Made by a program: the position numbers and the translations under genes | Notes under the pieces: model-generated | The model's input: the letters and a program-made list of their open reading frames with translations, nothing else | Told to the model about the DNA's origin: nothing | Database searches by the model: none | Part shown: positions 12,335 to 22,104 of the stretch, in pieces | How the letters are laid out: each line of letters begins with the position of its first letter | How positions within the stretch are numbered: the stretch's first letter is position 1 | Assembly: GCA_046331705.1 (NCBI GenBank) | Contig: JAXLQJ010000027.1 | Span: forward strand, 1 to 64,000 | Length of the DNA: 64,000 nt | Direction of reading: 5' to 3' | From: a bacterium | GTDB lineage: Bacteria > JADJOY01

Positions 12335-14128
12335 ATGGCGGTCATCGGAATCGACTTCGGCACCACGAACTCCTGCGCCGCGATCCTGCAAGGCGATGAG
12401 CCCGCCATCATCGTCAACGCCGAGGGTGAGCGCGTCACGCCCTCGGTGGTCGCGATCGGTCGCAACGGCGATCGGTTGATCGGCAACGCCGCCAAGCGTC
12501 AGGCGATCGTCAATCCCGAAAACACCATTTTTTCGGTCAAGCGCTTCATCGGTCGTCCGTTCCATTCGGGACCGATCCAGGAGTACGTCAAGCGCTTCCC
12601 GTTCAAGATCACGGAGTCGCCGAAGGGCGACGTGCGCTTCGATGCCTCGGGCAAGAAGTTCTCGCCCGAAGAGCTGTCGGCAATGATCCTCACCAAGATC
12701 AAGGCCGAGGCGGAATCGTTCCTGGGCGAGGAAGTGAAGCAGGCGGTCATCACCGTCCCCGCCTACTACGACGACCGTCAGCGCAGCGCCACCAAGGACG
12801 CCGGCAAGATCGCGGGCTTGGACGTGCTGCGGCTCATCAACGAGCCCACCGCGGCGGCGCTCGCGTACGGCGTCCACCGGCGCGGCGAGCGCGTCATCGC
12901 GGTCTACGACTTGGGCGGCGGCACGTTCGACATCTCGATCCTGGAACAGAAGGACGGCGACTTCCGCGTGCTCGCCACCTCCGGCGACGCGTTCCTGGGC
13001 GGCGACGACTTCGACCAGATGCTGATGGATTGGCTCGGCCAGGAATTCGAGAAGCGCAACGGCGTCGAGCTGCAGCGCGATCCCACGATCCTGCAGCGCC
13101 TCAAGAACGCCGCCGAGAGCGCGAAGAAGGATCTCTCGTTCAGCGAGTCCACCCAGGTGACGGTGCCGTTCATCATGGGCGGCGCTTCCGGCCCGCTGCA
13201 CCTCGACGTGGAGCTGATGCGCGCCGAGTTCGAGAACCTGGTGTCGGCGCTGGTGGATCGCACCCTCACGCCGTGCGAGGCCGCGCTCAAGGACGCGGGC
13301 ATCAAGGCGTCCGACGTCGACGCCGTGCTGCTCGTCGGCGGCCAGACGCGCAGCCCGATCGTGCAGCGCAAGGTCGAGCAATTCTTCGGCAAGCCGCCGA
13401 TCAAGGGCATCAACCCCGACGAGGCCGTGGCCATGGGCGCCGCGGTCACCGCCGGCATCCGCACCGGCGAGGTCGACAAGGTCAACCTCCACGACGTGAC
13501 GCCGCTCTCGCTCGGCATCGAGACCGCCGGCGGCGTCTGCACCAAGATCATCGCGCGCAACACGCCGATCCCCGCGTCGGCGAAGAAGGTCTTCACCACC
13601 ACCGAGGACGATCAGCTCATCATCCGCATCCACGTGCTCCAAGGCGAGCGCGAGATGGCGAGCGACAACCGCACCCTCGGCATCTTCGACCTGGTGGGAG
13701 TCCGGCCCGCGCCCAAGGGCGTGCCCTCGATCGAGATCACCTTCTCGATCGACGAGGAAGGCATCGTCCACGTCCAGGCGAAGGATCAGGACACCGGCCG
13801 CACGCAGTCCCTGCGCATCACCGGCGCCGGCGGCCTCACCGACAACGAGATCAAGCGCATCATCACCGATGCGGAGAAGTACCAGAAGGAAGACGAGAAG
13901 ATCCGCGAGTGGGTCACCCAGAAGAACAAGGGTATGAACCTCGTCTACTCGGCGGAGCGCCTCCTCGACGATCCCACCGCGAAGCTCGTGCTCGCGTACC
14001 GCAAGCGCCTCGGCGACACCGTGCACCGGCTCCGCGAGGCGCTCGGCGGCAAGCCGGATCCCGCGGCCGTCGAGAAGCGCATGGCGGATCTCGTCGAGGT
14101 CCTGAAAGAGCTCGAGTACGAGCCCTGA
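12335..14128 (+). CDS. Hsp70/DnaK-family paralog 2 (atypical)
   Basis: GIDFGTTNS, LINEPTAAALAYG, YDLGGGTFDIS, DVTPLSLGIET; GGAG RBS before ATG 12335. Confidence 0.93.
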   Translation: MAVIGIDFGTTNSCAAILQGDEPAIIVNAEGERVTPSVVAIGRNGDRLIGNAAKRQAIVNPENTIFSVKRFIGRPFHSGPIQEYVKRFPFKITESPKGDVRFDASGKKFSPEELSAMILTKIKAEAESFLGEEVKQAVITVPAYYDDRQRSATKDAGKIAGLDVLRLINEPTAAALAYGVHRRGERVIAVYDLGGGTFDISILEQKDGDFRVLATSGDAFLGGDDFDQMLMDWLGQEFEKRNGVELQRDPTILQRLKNAAESAKKDLSFSESTQVTVPFIMGGASGPLHLDVELMRAEFENLVSALVDRTLTPCEAALKDAGIKASDVDAVLLVGGQTRSPIVQRKVEQFFGKPPIKGINPDEAVAMGAAVTAGIRTGEVDKVNLHDVTPLSLGIETAGGVCTKIIARNTPIPASAKKVFTTTEDDQLIIRIHVLQGEREMASDNRTLGIFDLVGVRPAPKGVPSIEITFSIDEEGIVHVQAKDQDTGRTQSLRITGAGGLTDNEIKRIITDAEKYQKEDEKIREWVTQKNKGMNLVYSAERLLDDPTAKLVLAYRKRLGDTVHRLREALGGKPDPAAVEKRMADLVEVLKELEYEP

Positions 14129-14151
14129 ACCGGGCGATCGCGGGCAAGGCG

Positions 14152-15423
14152 ATGCGGCCGACCGGGTCCTCGGACGCCGCCATTCCGCCCCATCGCGCCG
14201 AGCGGCACACGATGGGGCGGAGTGCGACGCTGCGGCCCCGCGAGTCGTTGCCGGACCCTCGCGCTTTCGGTTCGGTGCCGGCCGGCGGGACCCTTCGTCG
14301 GTCCAGCCTCGCTCGCTCGCTCGGCGGCGCGGCCGCGGTGTCGTTGCTGGCGCTCGTCGCCGCCACCGGCTGCGATCGCCCCAGCGTGCGGGGCAAGCGC
14401 GTGGGCGAGTGGGTGATCGCGCTGCACGCATCGGATCCGCGCACGCGACTCACCGCCGCGCACGTCCTGGCGGACGCCCGCGGTGCGGGGCGGCTCGCCA
14501 TCAAACCGCTCGTGACCGCGCTCGGCGATCCGGCCGACGCGGTGCGCGAGCAAGCGGCGTACGCGCTCGGCGCCATCGGGCGCGACGCCACGCGCTTCCT
14601 CGCGCCGCGCCTCGACGATCCCAAGCTCACTCCCGGCGAAGCGCGCTGGGTCGCCCGAGCCTTGGCGGCGATCGCGCGAACCGATCCGGCAGCGCGCGAG
14701 CGGCTGCTCGCCGCCAGCCGCGCGTCCACCCCAGCCGTGCGCGTTGCGGCGGTGCGGGCGCTCGGACACACCCGCGACCCAGCGGTGGCCGAGCGACTGA
14801 TCGAGCTCCTCGACGGCGAGGACGCGCTGCTGCGCCGCGACGCCGCGCTGGCGCTCGCGCACATGGGTGTCGCGGGCCGCGCCGCCATCGCGGTGCTCGT
14901 GCAACACCTGCGGGTCGACGATCGCGAGCTGGTGACCGCGTGCCTCACGGCGCTGGGAGCAGTCGGGCGCAGCGTGGAGGTTGCCGCGCCGGAAGCGGCG
15001 GCGGTGCGCAACGGGCTCGCCGCGGCGTTCCCGAGCGCCGATCCGCTGGTGCGCGTGGCCGCCGCGCGCGCCGCCGCCGATCTGGGACCGCTCGCCCTGG
15101 ACTCCCTCCCGAGCCTCGGTGAGCTGCTCGCCGATTCGAACCCCGTCGTTCGCGAATCCGCCGTGCACGCGCTCGCCGCGCTGGCACCGGCCGTCGACGA
15201 CTCGAACGTGAGCTCGCTGGTGCACACGGCCTCCACCGCCGGACCCGAGGCGCCGCGCGTCGGGGCGATTCACGCCCTCGGCGCCCTCGGCGCCCGCGCG
15301 CACGCCGCCACCGACGCGCTCACGGCGTTGAGCAAGGACCGCGACGGCGACGTCCGCCGCGCCGCTTCCGAAGCCCTCGGCAAAGTCGTGACCGCCACCA
15401 CCCGCGCCGCCAGAGCGGGCTGA
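14152..15423 (+). CDS. HEAT-repeat (PBS-lyase-like) protein, probable lipoprotein
   Basis: Repeated L..D.D..VR..AA.ALG units; hydrophobic stretch ending LVAATGC; start uncertain (14152 to 14338). Confidence 0.8.
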   Translation: MRPTGSSDAAIPPHRAERHTMGRSATLRPRESLPDPRAFGSVPAGGTLRRSSLARSLGGAAAVSLLALVAATGCDRPSVRGKRVGEWVIALHASDPRTRLTAAHVLADARGAGRLAIKPLVTALGDPADAVREQAAYALGAIGRDATRFLAPRLDDPKLTPGEARWVARALAAIARTDPAARERLLAASRASTPAVRVAAVRALGHTRDPAVAERLIELLDGEDALLRRDAALALAHMGVAGRAAIAVLVQHLRVDDRELVTACLTALGAVGRSVEVAAPEAAAVRNGLAAAFPSADPLVRVAAARAAADLGPLALDSLPSLGELLADSNPVVRESAVHALAALAPAVDDSNVSSLVHTASTAGPEAPRVGAIHALGALGARAHAATDALTALSKDRDGDVRRAASEALGKVVTATTRAARAG

Positions 15424-15664
15424 ACGACGCCGCATCGAAGGGCGCCCGGTGCGTGGAGGCACGCGCGCCGGTGTGTCGCGCGGCGTCGGATCGCTCGCCG
15501 CGACGGTGGCTTCGCCGGCCAGCGTTGCGGCACCGCGGCGTTGCACCGTGGCTGCGCAACGTCGACTCCGGTGTCGACTCATCGCACCGTCTCGCGCGGG
15601 AGGGCACGCGCACCCTCGAGCGACTCGAATCCAGTGTGGCCGGATTGGATCGCGGGACTTCGCA

Positions 15665-15693
15665 TTGACTCGGGGGGTGGCGAGGCGCACGAT
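15665..15693 (+). promoter_or_regulatory. candidate sigma-70 promoter TTGACT-17-CACGAT
   Basis: Near-consensus hexamers with 17-nt spacer about 105 nt upstream of the large secreted-protein gene. Confidence 0.45.
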
Positions 15694-15799
15694 CGGAACA
15701 GACTCCATTAAATCAGGGAAAGCGATGATGCGATGGGAAAATTGAAGGATCGGGACTCGGCCCTTCCTTCCTTCCCGCTTTCCAGGTCCCTGTGTGCCC

Positions 15800-18700
15800 A
15801 TGAGCTGGGCGCGCGTTGTCGCGGCCATCGTCGTGGTCGCGTTCACCAGCCTTTCTGCGGCTGACGCTCGCGCGCAAAGCACCTCCACGCTTCACGGCGT
15901 GGTCGTTCTTCCTGGAATCCCGCCCACCCCGGTCGCAGGGGCGCAGCTCATGTCGCCAACGGGGGCGGGCATTGTCTCGGATGCGAATGGAGAATTCTCG
16001 ATACCGAATTGGCCGGATGAGATTGGATTCGGCCTCGGGCTGGCGATCGTCGAGTGCAGCAATACGGGGGTGGCCGGTCTCAGAGGACCGATTCCACTCG
16101 ATCCCTCCGGCGTCACGGACCTCGGCTCGATCGTGCTCGCCGGTGGACTGCCGTTCTTCAACAGCGCCAACTACGTGGGAATCGCGTCCGGCCAACAGAC
16201 CGCCCTCGTCGCTTGGGGCGATCGTGATGGCGACGGTGACGCCGACTTCTGCACGACCGCGAGCGTCGCGACGGGCACGGCGATCCACTGCTTCGTGAAC
16301 GGTGGCCACGGCGAGTTCTCGCCCGGCTTCTCCACGACCGTGCCTGGCGGCATGGTCCGTGATTTCTATGTTGGCGCTGCCACTGCCCAGCACGACGGGT
16401 CGCTCCTCTACCCGAGCTACGACGGGGAGTCGTTCGCCGTCATCGAAGACCCAGAGTCCAGCGCGACGCCCGTCACGATCGATCTGGGTGGCCCTGCCGT
16501 CGCGCTCCAGCTCGGCCAGTGGGTGAGCGCGCAGTTCGACATCGTCGCGGGGATCGACGACCCGAGCACCGGTGGTGGGGCGGTCGTTCACGTCGCGGGC
16601 AGCGCTAGTTGCCCCAACCCGCCCTGCGCCACGAGCCCTGACGTCGTCTTCACGACGCCTGGGCACATCAGCGCGCTGGCTGTCGGCCCGATCGACGAGG
16701 ACGCGCTCGATGACGTGCTGGTGCTCGATCGCGACAGCGGGACGTGTACGCCGCTGCTCTGGGATGCTGTGAGCGCGAGCTTCGTCGCGAGTGATCCGCT
16801 GCCGTGTCCGGGTGATCCGCGGGACGCGAGGTCGTTCCGCTACGGAGACGGTTCACCCGGTTTCCTCGTCATCGGTACCCAACCCGGTCAAGGCGACGCG
16901 GGTCGGCTTCTGGTCCTACGTCGCGAAGCCAGCGGTGAGTTCACGGCCACGGCGTTCGACTTCGGCTCGGACCTGCGCGCCATCGCCATCAGCCACGAGG
17001 TGCTTTTCACGACCACCGTCGCCGTGACGTCCGCTGGCGACCAGAGCGTCTACGAGCTCACGCTCGATGGCGACACCGGCGAGCTCACGTTGCGGTCGCC
17101 GCTCGCCACCGACCATCCCAACTTCATGCTCTCCGGCGTGACGAGCGCCGATCTCAATGGCGATGGCTTCCACGACATCCTCGCGGCCACGGGACAGCCG
17201 ATGGTCGCGAGATGGCTGTCCGTGCAAGCGCCCGGAGACGGCGATGGTGACGGCATCGACGACATCGCGGAGCTGCGGCACGGCACCGATTGCGCCAATC
17301 CGGATTCAGACGAAGACGCCGTGCTGGACCTTCTGGACAACTGCCCGAGCACGCCGAACGCCCAGCAGCAGGACGGCGACGGAGATCAGGTCGGTGACGC
17401 CTGTGATTCGGACCTCGTCAACAGCGGGTCCGCTGGTGCGCTGAATCAGCCGGCAGACGGCACTTTCACGAAGCAGATCATCGCACCTATCGACTTGGGC
17501 TCGAACGGGGCGGGCTTCGGCACGTTCGGCTTGGACTACCTCTCCGGCCAAGCCCCGCCCAACGTCCCGATGGTGCAGTGGAGCTCGACGGATGCGGTCG
17601 CGTGGTGGCAGAGCTGGGGCTGGCAAGCCGAAGACGAGATCGACTTCGCCGCTGCCGACATCGACGGCGACGGCCAAGACGAAGTCATTCTCTCGAACAT
17701 GACCCGCAGCACCAACGGCCTTCAGGCCGTTCGCCGGAACCTCTCCGGCGCGTGGGAGGCGATCGCGGATCTCTTCCCACCGAATCCGTGCATCGACGAT
17801 CCAAGCGTCACGTGCCCTGCTGGCCACCGCGTGACGGCAGGGGATCTCGACGGCAACGGTGCACCGGAGGTGATCGTCAGCGCGATCACCGAGCCGACCT
17901 GCACCGACGGCTCGTCCTTTCACATTTTCACCCTCGAGCCCACGCCGCAGCTTCACTACGAGTCACGGCTGTGGGGTGGCTTCAACGAGTGCGGGGGCTT
18001 CGATCTGGCCACCGCGGACCTCGACGGCAACGGCAGCGACGAGCTGATTCTCGGCTTCGCGAAGGTCTCGAACCAGGTATTTGCATTTCAGTACGACAGC
18101 TCGTGGGTGTCGGCGATCGGATTCATCGCGCCGGTCGTGGTGTTTCCGTTCTGGGACAGTGGCGTACGCATCGCGACGGGCCATGTGAACACCGTGAACC
18201 CCGTGGACAATCCGAACGAGCGCCCCCAGGTGCTCGTCGCAACATCCAGCACGGGTGGGGGCGGATCCTGGACTGTACTGGACCCCAAGACGATCTATCC
18301 GGCGGGGATCTCGTGGGATGGTTTTCAGGCGCAGGCGGGCAGCGCGCCCGCGTTTCCCGAGCCGATCGTGGGCTATGGAGCCGAGGGGGGACCGCTCGAC
18401 ATCGCGGCAGGTAACGTCGACGGGGACGCTTTCGATGAGGTGATCGTGACCGGCAAGCGCAGCCTCGGTCGCGGGACCATCCGCGTCTTCGGCTTCGATT
18501 CGAAGAGTCTCCCGGCCGCGAGCTGGGATCAGCGGCATCCCATGATCGCCACGCATCCCGACTCCGCGCTTCTCCCCTACCAACGCGGCGGCGTCGCGCT
18601 CGCTACCCTCGCGTCGTGGCCTACGCCCGGTGGTAGCTATTTCCGGCACAGCGGTGCCTCGCCGTTCCACGCGACCCATCCTGGCGCCGGTTCGTCCGTC

Positions 18701-20479
18701 ACGGTCGAATGGGTACGGCCTTTGGCCGGCGAACGCGCCGTGAACACAGCCCCCACGCTCAGCCCAGACGGCGGCACCGTCTACGTGGGTACGTGGGGTG
18801 CACTCGAGGACGCGCCGCCGTACGACGGCAAGCTCTTCGCGCTCAACGCCCAAACCGGTGCCGTGCGCTGGGTCTTCAACCCGGATGAGCATGTGCCACG
18901 GGTGTCCGGTTCGTTCTACGGCACCATCGAAGGGGGGCCGACCATCGGGACGGACGGCACGATCTACATCGGGCGTGGGGATGGGCGGCTCTATGCGGTG
19001 TCTCCGAACGGTGACTACCTCTGGCGCTTCCAGACGTTCGACCGATACGTCGACGCCAATGGAAGCTTCTGCAACGCCGCGAACGCCGGGTGCGTGCCCG
19101 CCGACACACCCGAAGAAGACCCGTACTTCCCGGCGATCGGTGGCGAGATTCTCGGTGCTCCCCTACTTGACGACCGCGGCATCGTCTACTTCGCAACGAT
19201 GAAGGACAACGGCCGCCTGTGCGGCAGCCGGCGCAGCAACGCGGTGTACGCCGTGACCGCACGCGATGGGATCGTGATCGGCGGAGAGCAGCGCCCCGCC
19301 GGATACCTCGTCTGGCGCTACCCTGATCTCAACGATGGCGAGAACACGGTGTACGGGGTGCCGGGAGGCGTGCACTCGGGGATGCGTTCGTATACGACGA
19401 AGTTTTTTGCAACGCCGGTGCTCAGCCCCGATGGCACGACGTTGTACGTAGCAAGCGAACGGGTCTCGCCTCTCGTCGCCCCGTGTGACGGCCCGGACGC
19501 GGTGCGGTACACAAGAGACGACGTTGGTCTTGGTCCACAGTCGTTGACGTGCAGCACGGCGCCGTTGTCACCGATGCTGGATGTCAACCGTGGCTATGTC
19601 ATCGCCATCGACGTGAGCACCGGCCGCCCTCGTTGGATGGGCGGTAGCGGCCAGGAACACGCGTTCTCGGACACGTGTGCCGAATTCGGAGCAGGACCTG
19701 AGCGTAGCTACACGCACTATCTATCGCTGACCGTGGACGCCAACGGTATCATCTACGCCGGCGGTGAGAGCAACTGCCACGGGTGTACTGAGGCAGTTCC
19801 GACGCTCAGCGTGCTTCGCGACCTTCGCGACGCGCACAAGCCGGAACCCATCTGGCGATTTGCTGACAGCGATCCCAGCCTCACGGATGGGCTTGTGTAT
19901 TCCGCGGTCTCCGACGAATCGGACCATGTCTTCGCGTCGACCGGCAACAACGGCGGGGACGGGGCCGGCGGCCCCGGAGGCGGGCTCGCCGTGTTTCGTC
20001 GTGCCCACGCCGACGACCCTTCGCAACCCTACGACGGCGGAACGGGCGGTCTGGGGCTGAACGCCCTCCCCACGCCGCCGAGCCCGACGATCGTCAGGCC
20101 GACGCAGCTTGGCCTGCCACCGAGTGTGGGCGTGGGCGGGGTATTGCCGTGCACGATCCCAGGCGGTGGCGCTGGATGTGTCTTCGCGACCCGCGGGGAT
20201 ATCCGCCCCGCGGAGGGTGCGCCATCGAGCATCCCCGGCTCACTGATTCGCCTCAATGCCGATCTCTCGACGGTGCAGTGGTACTGGTTGAATGATCGCG
20301 ACGGGGTGATCGCTGAATTCGAGCTCGGTGGTGTGCCGGCACTTGGCGCCACTCTCGTAACCGGCAGTGGGAACATGCTGTATGTCGGTGAGCGCGTCTG
20401 CACCTCGACTTCGATCGTCTCGGCGTGCACGGGTGGTCAGCCGCCAACGTCCCATGTCTATGGGCTCAGCATTGAATGA
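15800..20479 (+). CDS. large secreted multidomain protein: FG-GAP/VCBS repeats, thrombospondin type-3 repeats, PQQ-like beta-propeller
   Basis: Signal peptide (ARA-QST); ADLNGDGFHDI, DIDGDGQDEV, DLDGNGSDEL; DNCPSTPNAQQQDGDGDQVGDACD; GKLFALNAQTGAVRW, PTIGTDGTIYIG. Confidence 0.85.
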   Translation: MSWARVVAAIVVVAFTSLSAADARAQSTSTLHGVVVLPGIPPTPVAGAQLMSPTGAGIVSDANGEFSIPNWPDEIGFGLGLAIVECSNTGVAGLRGPIPLDPSGVTDLGSIVLAGGLPFFNSANYVGIASGQQTALVAWGDRDGDGDADFCTTASVATGTAIHCFVNGGHGEFSPGFSTTVPGGMVRDFYVGAATAQHDGSLLYPSYDGESFAVIEDPESSATPVTIDLGGPAVALQLGQWVSAQFDIVAGIDDPSTGGGAVVHVAGSASCPNPPCATSPDVVFTTPGHISALAVGPIDEDALDDVLVLDRDSGTCTPLLWDAVSASFVASDPLPCPGDPRDARSFRYGDGSPGFLVIGTQPGQGDAGRLLVLRREASGEFTATAFDFGSDLRAIAISHEVLFTTTVAVTSAGDQSVYELTLDGDTGELTLRSPLATDHPNFMLSGVTSADLNGDGFHDILAATGQPMVARWLSVQAPGDGDGDGIDDIAELRHGTDCANPDSDEDAVLDLLDNCPSTPNAQQQDGDGDQVGDACDSDLVNSGSAGALNQPADGTFTKQIIAPIDLGSNGAGFGTFGLDYLSGQAPPNVPMVQWSSTDAVAWWQSWGWQAEDEIDFAAADIDGDGQDEVILSNMTRSTNGLQAVRRNLSGAWEAIADLFPPNPCIDDPSVTCPAGHRVTAGDLDGNGAPEVIVSAITEPTCTDGSSFHIFTLEPTPQLHYESRLWGGFNECGGFDLATADLDGNGSDELILGFAKVSNQVFAFQYDSSWVSAIGFIAPVVVFPFWDSGVRIATGHVNTVNPVDNPNERPQVLVATSSTGGGGSWTVLDPKTIYPAGISWDGFQAQAGSAPAFPEPIVGYGAEGGPLDIAAGNVDGDAFDEVIVTGKRSLGRGTIRVFGFDSKSLPAASWDQRHPMIATHPDSALLPYQRGGVALATLASWPTPGGSYFRHSGASPFHATHPGAGSSVTVEWVRPLAGERAVNTAPTLSPDGGTVYVGTWGALEDAPPYDGKLFALNAQTGAVRWVFNPDEHVPRVSGSFYGTIEGGPTIGTDGTIYIGRGDGRLYAVSPNGDYLWRFQTFDRYVDANGSFCNAANAGCVPADTPEEDPYFPAIGGEILGAPLLDDRGIVYFATMKDNGRLCGSRRSNAVYAVTARDGIVIGGEQRPAGYLVWRYPDLNDGENTVYGVPGGVHSGMRSYTTKFFATPVLSPDGTTLYVASERVSPLVAPCDGPDAVRYTRDDVGLGPQSLTCSTAPLSPMLDVNRGYVIAIDVSTGRPRWMGGSGQEHAFSDTCAEFGAGPERSYTHYLSLTVDANGIIYAGGESNCHGCTEAVPTLSVLRDLRDAHKPEPIWRFADSDPSLTDGLVYSAVSDESDHVFASTGNNGGDGAGGPGGGLAVFRRAHADDPSQPYDGGTGGLGLNALPTPPSPTIVRPTQLGLPPSVGVGGVLPCTIPGGGAGCVFATRGDIRPAEGAPSSIPGSLIRLNADLSTVQWYWLNDRDGVIAEFELGGVPALGATLVTGSGNMLYVGERVCTSTSIVSACTGGQPPTSHVYGLSIE

Positions 20480-20551
20480 TGCGCCAGAATGCGCCCGATC
20501 CTGCGGTCACGTGACGGGATGGCGCCATCGAGCGCGCCCAGGAGGTAGCCG

Positions 20552-21790
20552 ATGAGACTGCAGTGGCCCACCGCTTACGTCGCTCTGGCGTTCATGCCGG
20601 CAGTTGTTGGTTCTGCGCAGGCCGCGTGCACGATGCAGATCGTGGGTGACGATCTCTTCATCGACGGCTGCAATGTTCACGTCCGTAACGGTGCGGGATC
20701 GACCGGGACCGCGAACGGGCTCGGCAACCTCGTGATTGGCTACGACGAGCCGCGTGCCGGTACCACCCCCGCGGATCGCGCAGGATCCCACAACCTGGTC
20801 GTCGGACCGCTGCATCACTATTCGTCGTATGGCGGTGCGGTCATGGGCCGCCAGAACACGATCAGCGGCCCATACGCCACCGTAACCGGTGGCGGCGGAA
20901 ACACCGCGAGCGGTAACCGGTCCGTGGTGGCTGCTGGGCAGAACAACGTTGCAAGCGCGAAGTGGGCGGCTGTGGGTGGTGGGCAGGGCAACGCGGCCAC
21001 GGGCGACTTCGCGGTGGTGGCCGCGGGTGCCGAGGGAGTCGCGTCTGGTCGCGCTTCCGTCGTTGCCGGTGGCTATCAGAACCAGGCGACAGACCTTCAC
21101 ACGGCCGTCTTGGCGGGCGTTCGGGGGGTCGCGGGTCCGGGAACTCTGGGGCCGCCGCTCGCACTAACCGGAAGCCAGGGCGCTTCCGTCAGCGGCGGTC
21201 TCCGAAATGTGGCGCAGGGAGAAGCCGCGGCCGTGTCCGGAGGTTCGATGAACCTGGCGAGTGGGTGGTCCGCGTCGGTATCGGCGGGCGAAGCAAACAC
21301 GGCGGACGGGAGCGCCGCATCGGTGAGTGGGGGCTTCGGCAACACAACCAACAATGAACACTCTTCCGTGAGCGGTGGTGCCTACAACACAGCGGAGGGT
21401 GCAGGGTCATCGATAGGAGGAGGTTCGCGCAATACGACGTGGGACATGGGAGCCGTCGTTTCTGGCGGACTCGAGAACACGGCAATCGGCGTGGGGGCGG
21501 TGGTCTGCGGCGGTGCATACAACCAGGCGAACGACGCCTACACCACCGTCGCCGGCGGCGTTGCCAACGTCGCGGGCCCCGGCACGCCGCTCGATCCACC
21601 CGTGATGACGGGGAGCTTTGGCGCATCGGTGACCGGCGGACTGCAGAACGTGGCGACGGGAATCGCGGCGTCGGTCAGTGGCGGCCGGCAGAATGAGGCG
21701 ACGGCCAGCCAGTCCTCCGTCAGCGGCGGCGACGGCGTGACGGCCGGCACGCCCCAGTCGTGGGCGGCAGGGACGCTCCATTCGCCGTAG
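20552..21790 (+). CDS. secreted Gly-rich repeat protein (SVSGG..N.A.G units, predicted beta-helix)
   Basis: Signal peptide; GLGNLVIGYDE/GSHNLVVG head then about 14-aa periodic repeats; AGGAGG RBS. Confidence 0.8.
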   Translation: MRLQWPTAYVALAFMPAVVGSAQAACTMQIVGDDLFIDGCNVHVRNGAGSTGTANGLGNLVIGYDEPRAGTTPADRAGSHNLVVGPLHHYSSYGGAVMGRQNTISGPYATVTGGGGNTASGNRSVVAAGQNNVASAKWAAVGGGQGNAATGDFAVVAAGAEGVASGRASVVAGGYQNQATDLHTAVLAGVRGVAGPGTLGPPLALTGSQGASVSGGLRNVAQGEAAAVSGGSMNLASGWSASVSAGEANTADGSAASVSGGFGNTTNNEHSSVSGGAYNTAEGAGSSIGGGSRNTTWDMGAVVSGGLENTAIGVGAVVCGGAYNQANDAYTTVAGGVANVAGPGTPLDPPVMTGSFGASVTGGLQNVATGIAASVSGGRQNEATASQSSVSGGDGVTAGTPQSWAAGTLHSP

Positions 21791-22104
21791 TCGTCAGCGG
21801 CGCTGCTCGGCGCATCGGACACGCTACGACGCGAGTCGATCGACATCACGCGCGCAGGGCTGCCGCTTGCAGGACGCACGACCGCGTCGTCGTTCGTCTG
21901 CTGAATGTGCGTTGTCGGCACATTGATCGATTCCAGATTGTTGATGATCGCGACCGGAGGGGTGGCGCCCGGCTTGCGGTCGCGAACTGGCGCGAGGGTG
22001 CGCCGACGGGTGACGGCGCGCGCGGGCTCGGATGGGTGGGGTGCGACGCGTCGTCACTGCGGGCGGCGAATCGGGGACGATCCTCAACTCGTTGGGGGGA
22101 ATGC

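Noticed and set aside
10232-14128. Calling either Hsp70 the housekeeping dnaK, or an assembly duplication
   Set aside because: Degenerate linker, short tail and no grpE/dnaJ/CIRCE; the two copies are clearly diverged in sequence
15714-15790. c-di-GMP-II riboswitch (GGAAA...ATGATG resemblance)
   Set aside because: Lacks the GGGCAC / GTGCAACCG pseudoknot elements
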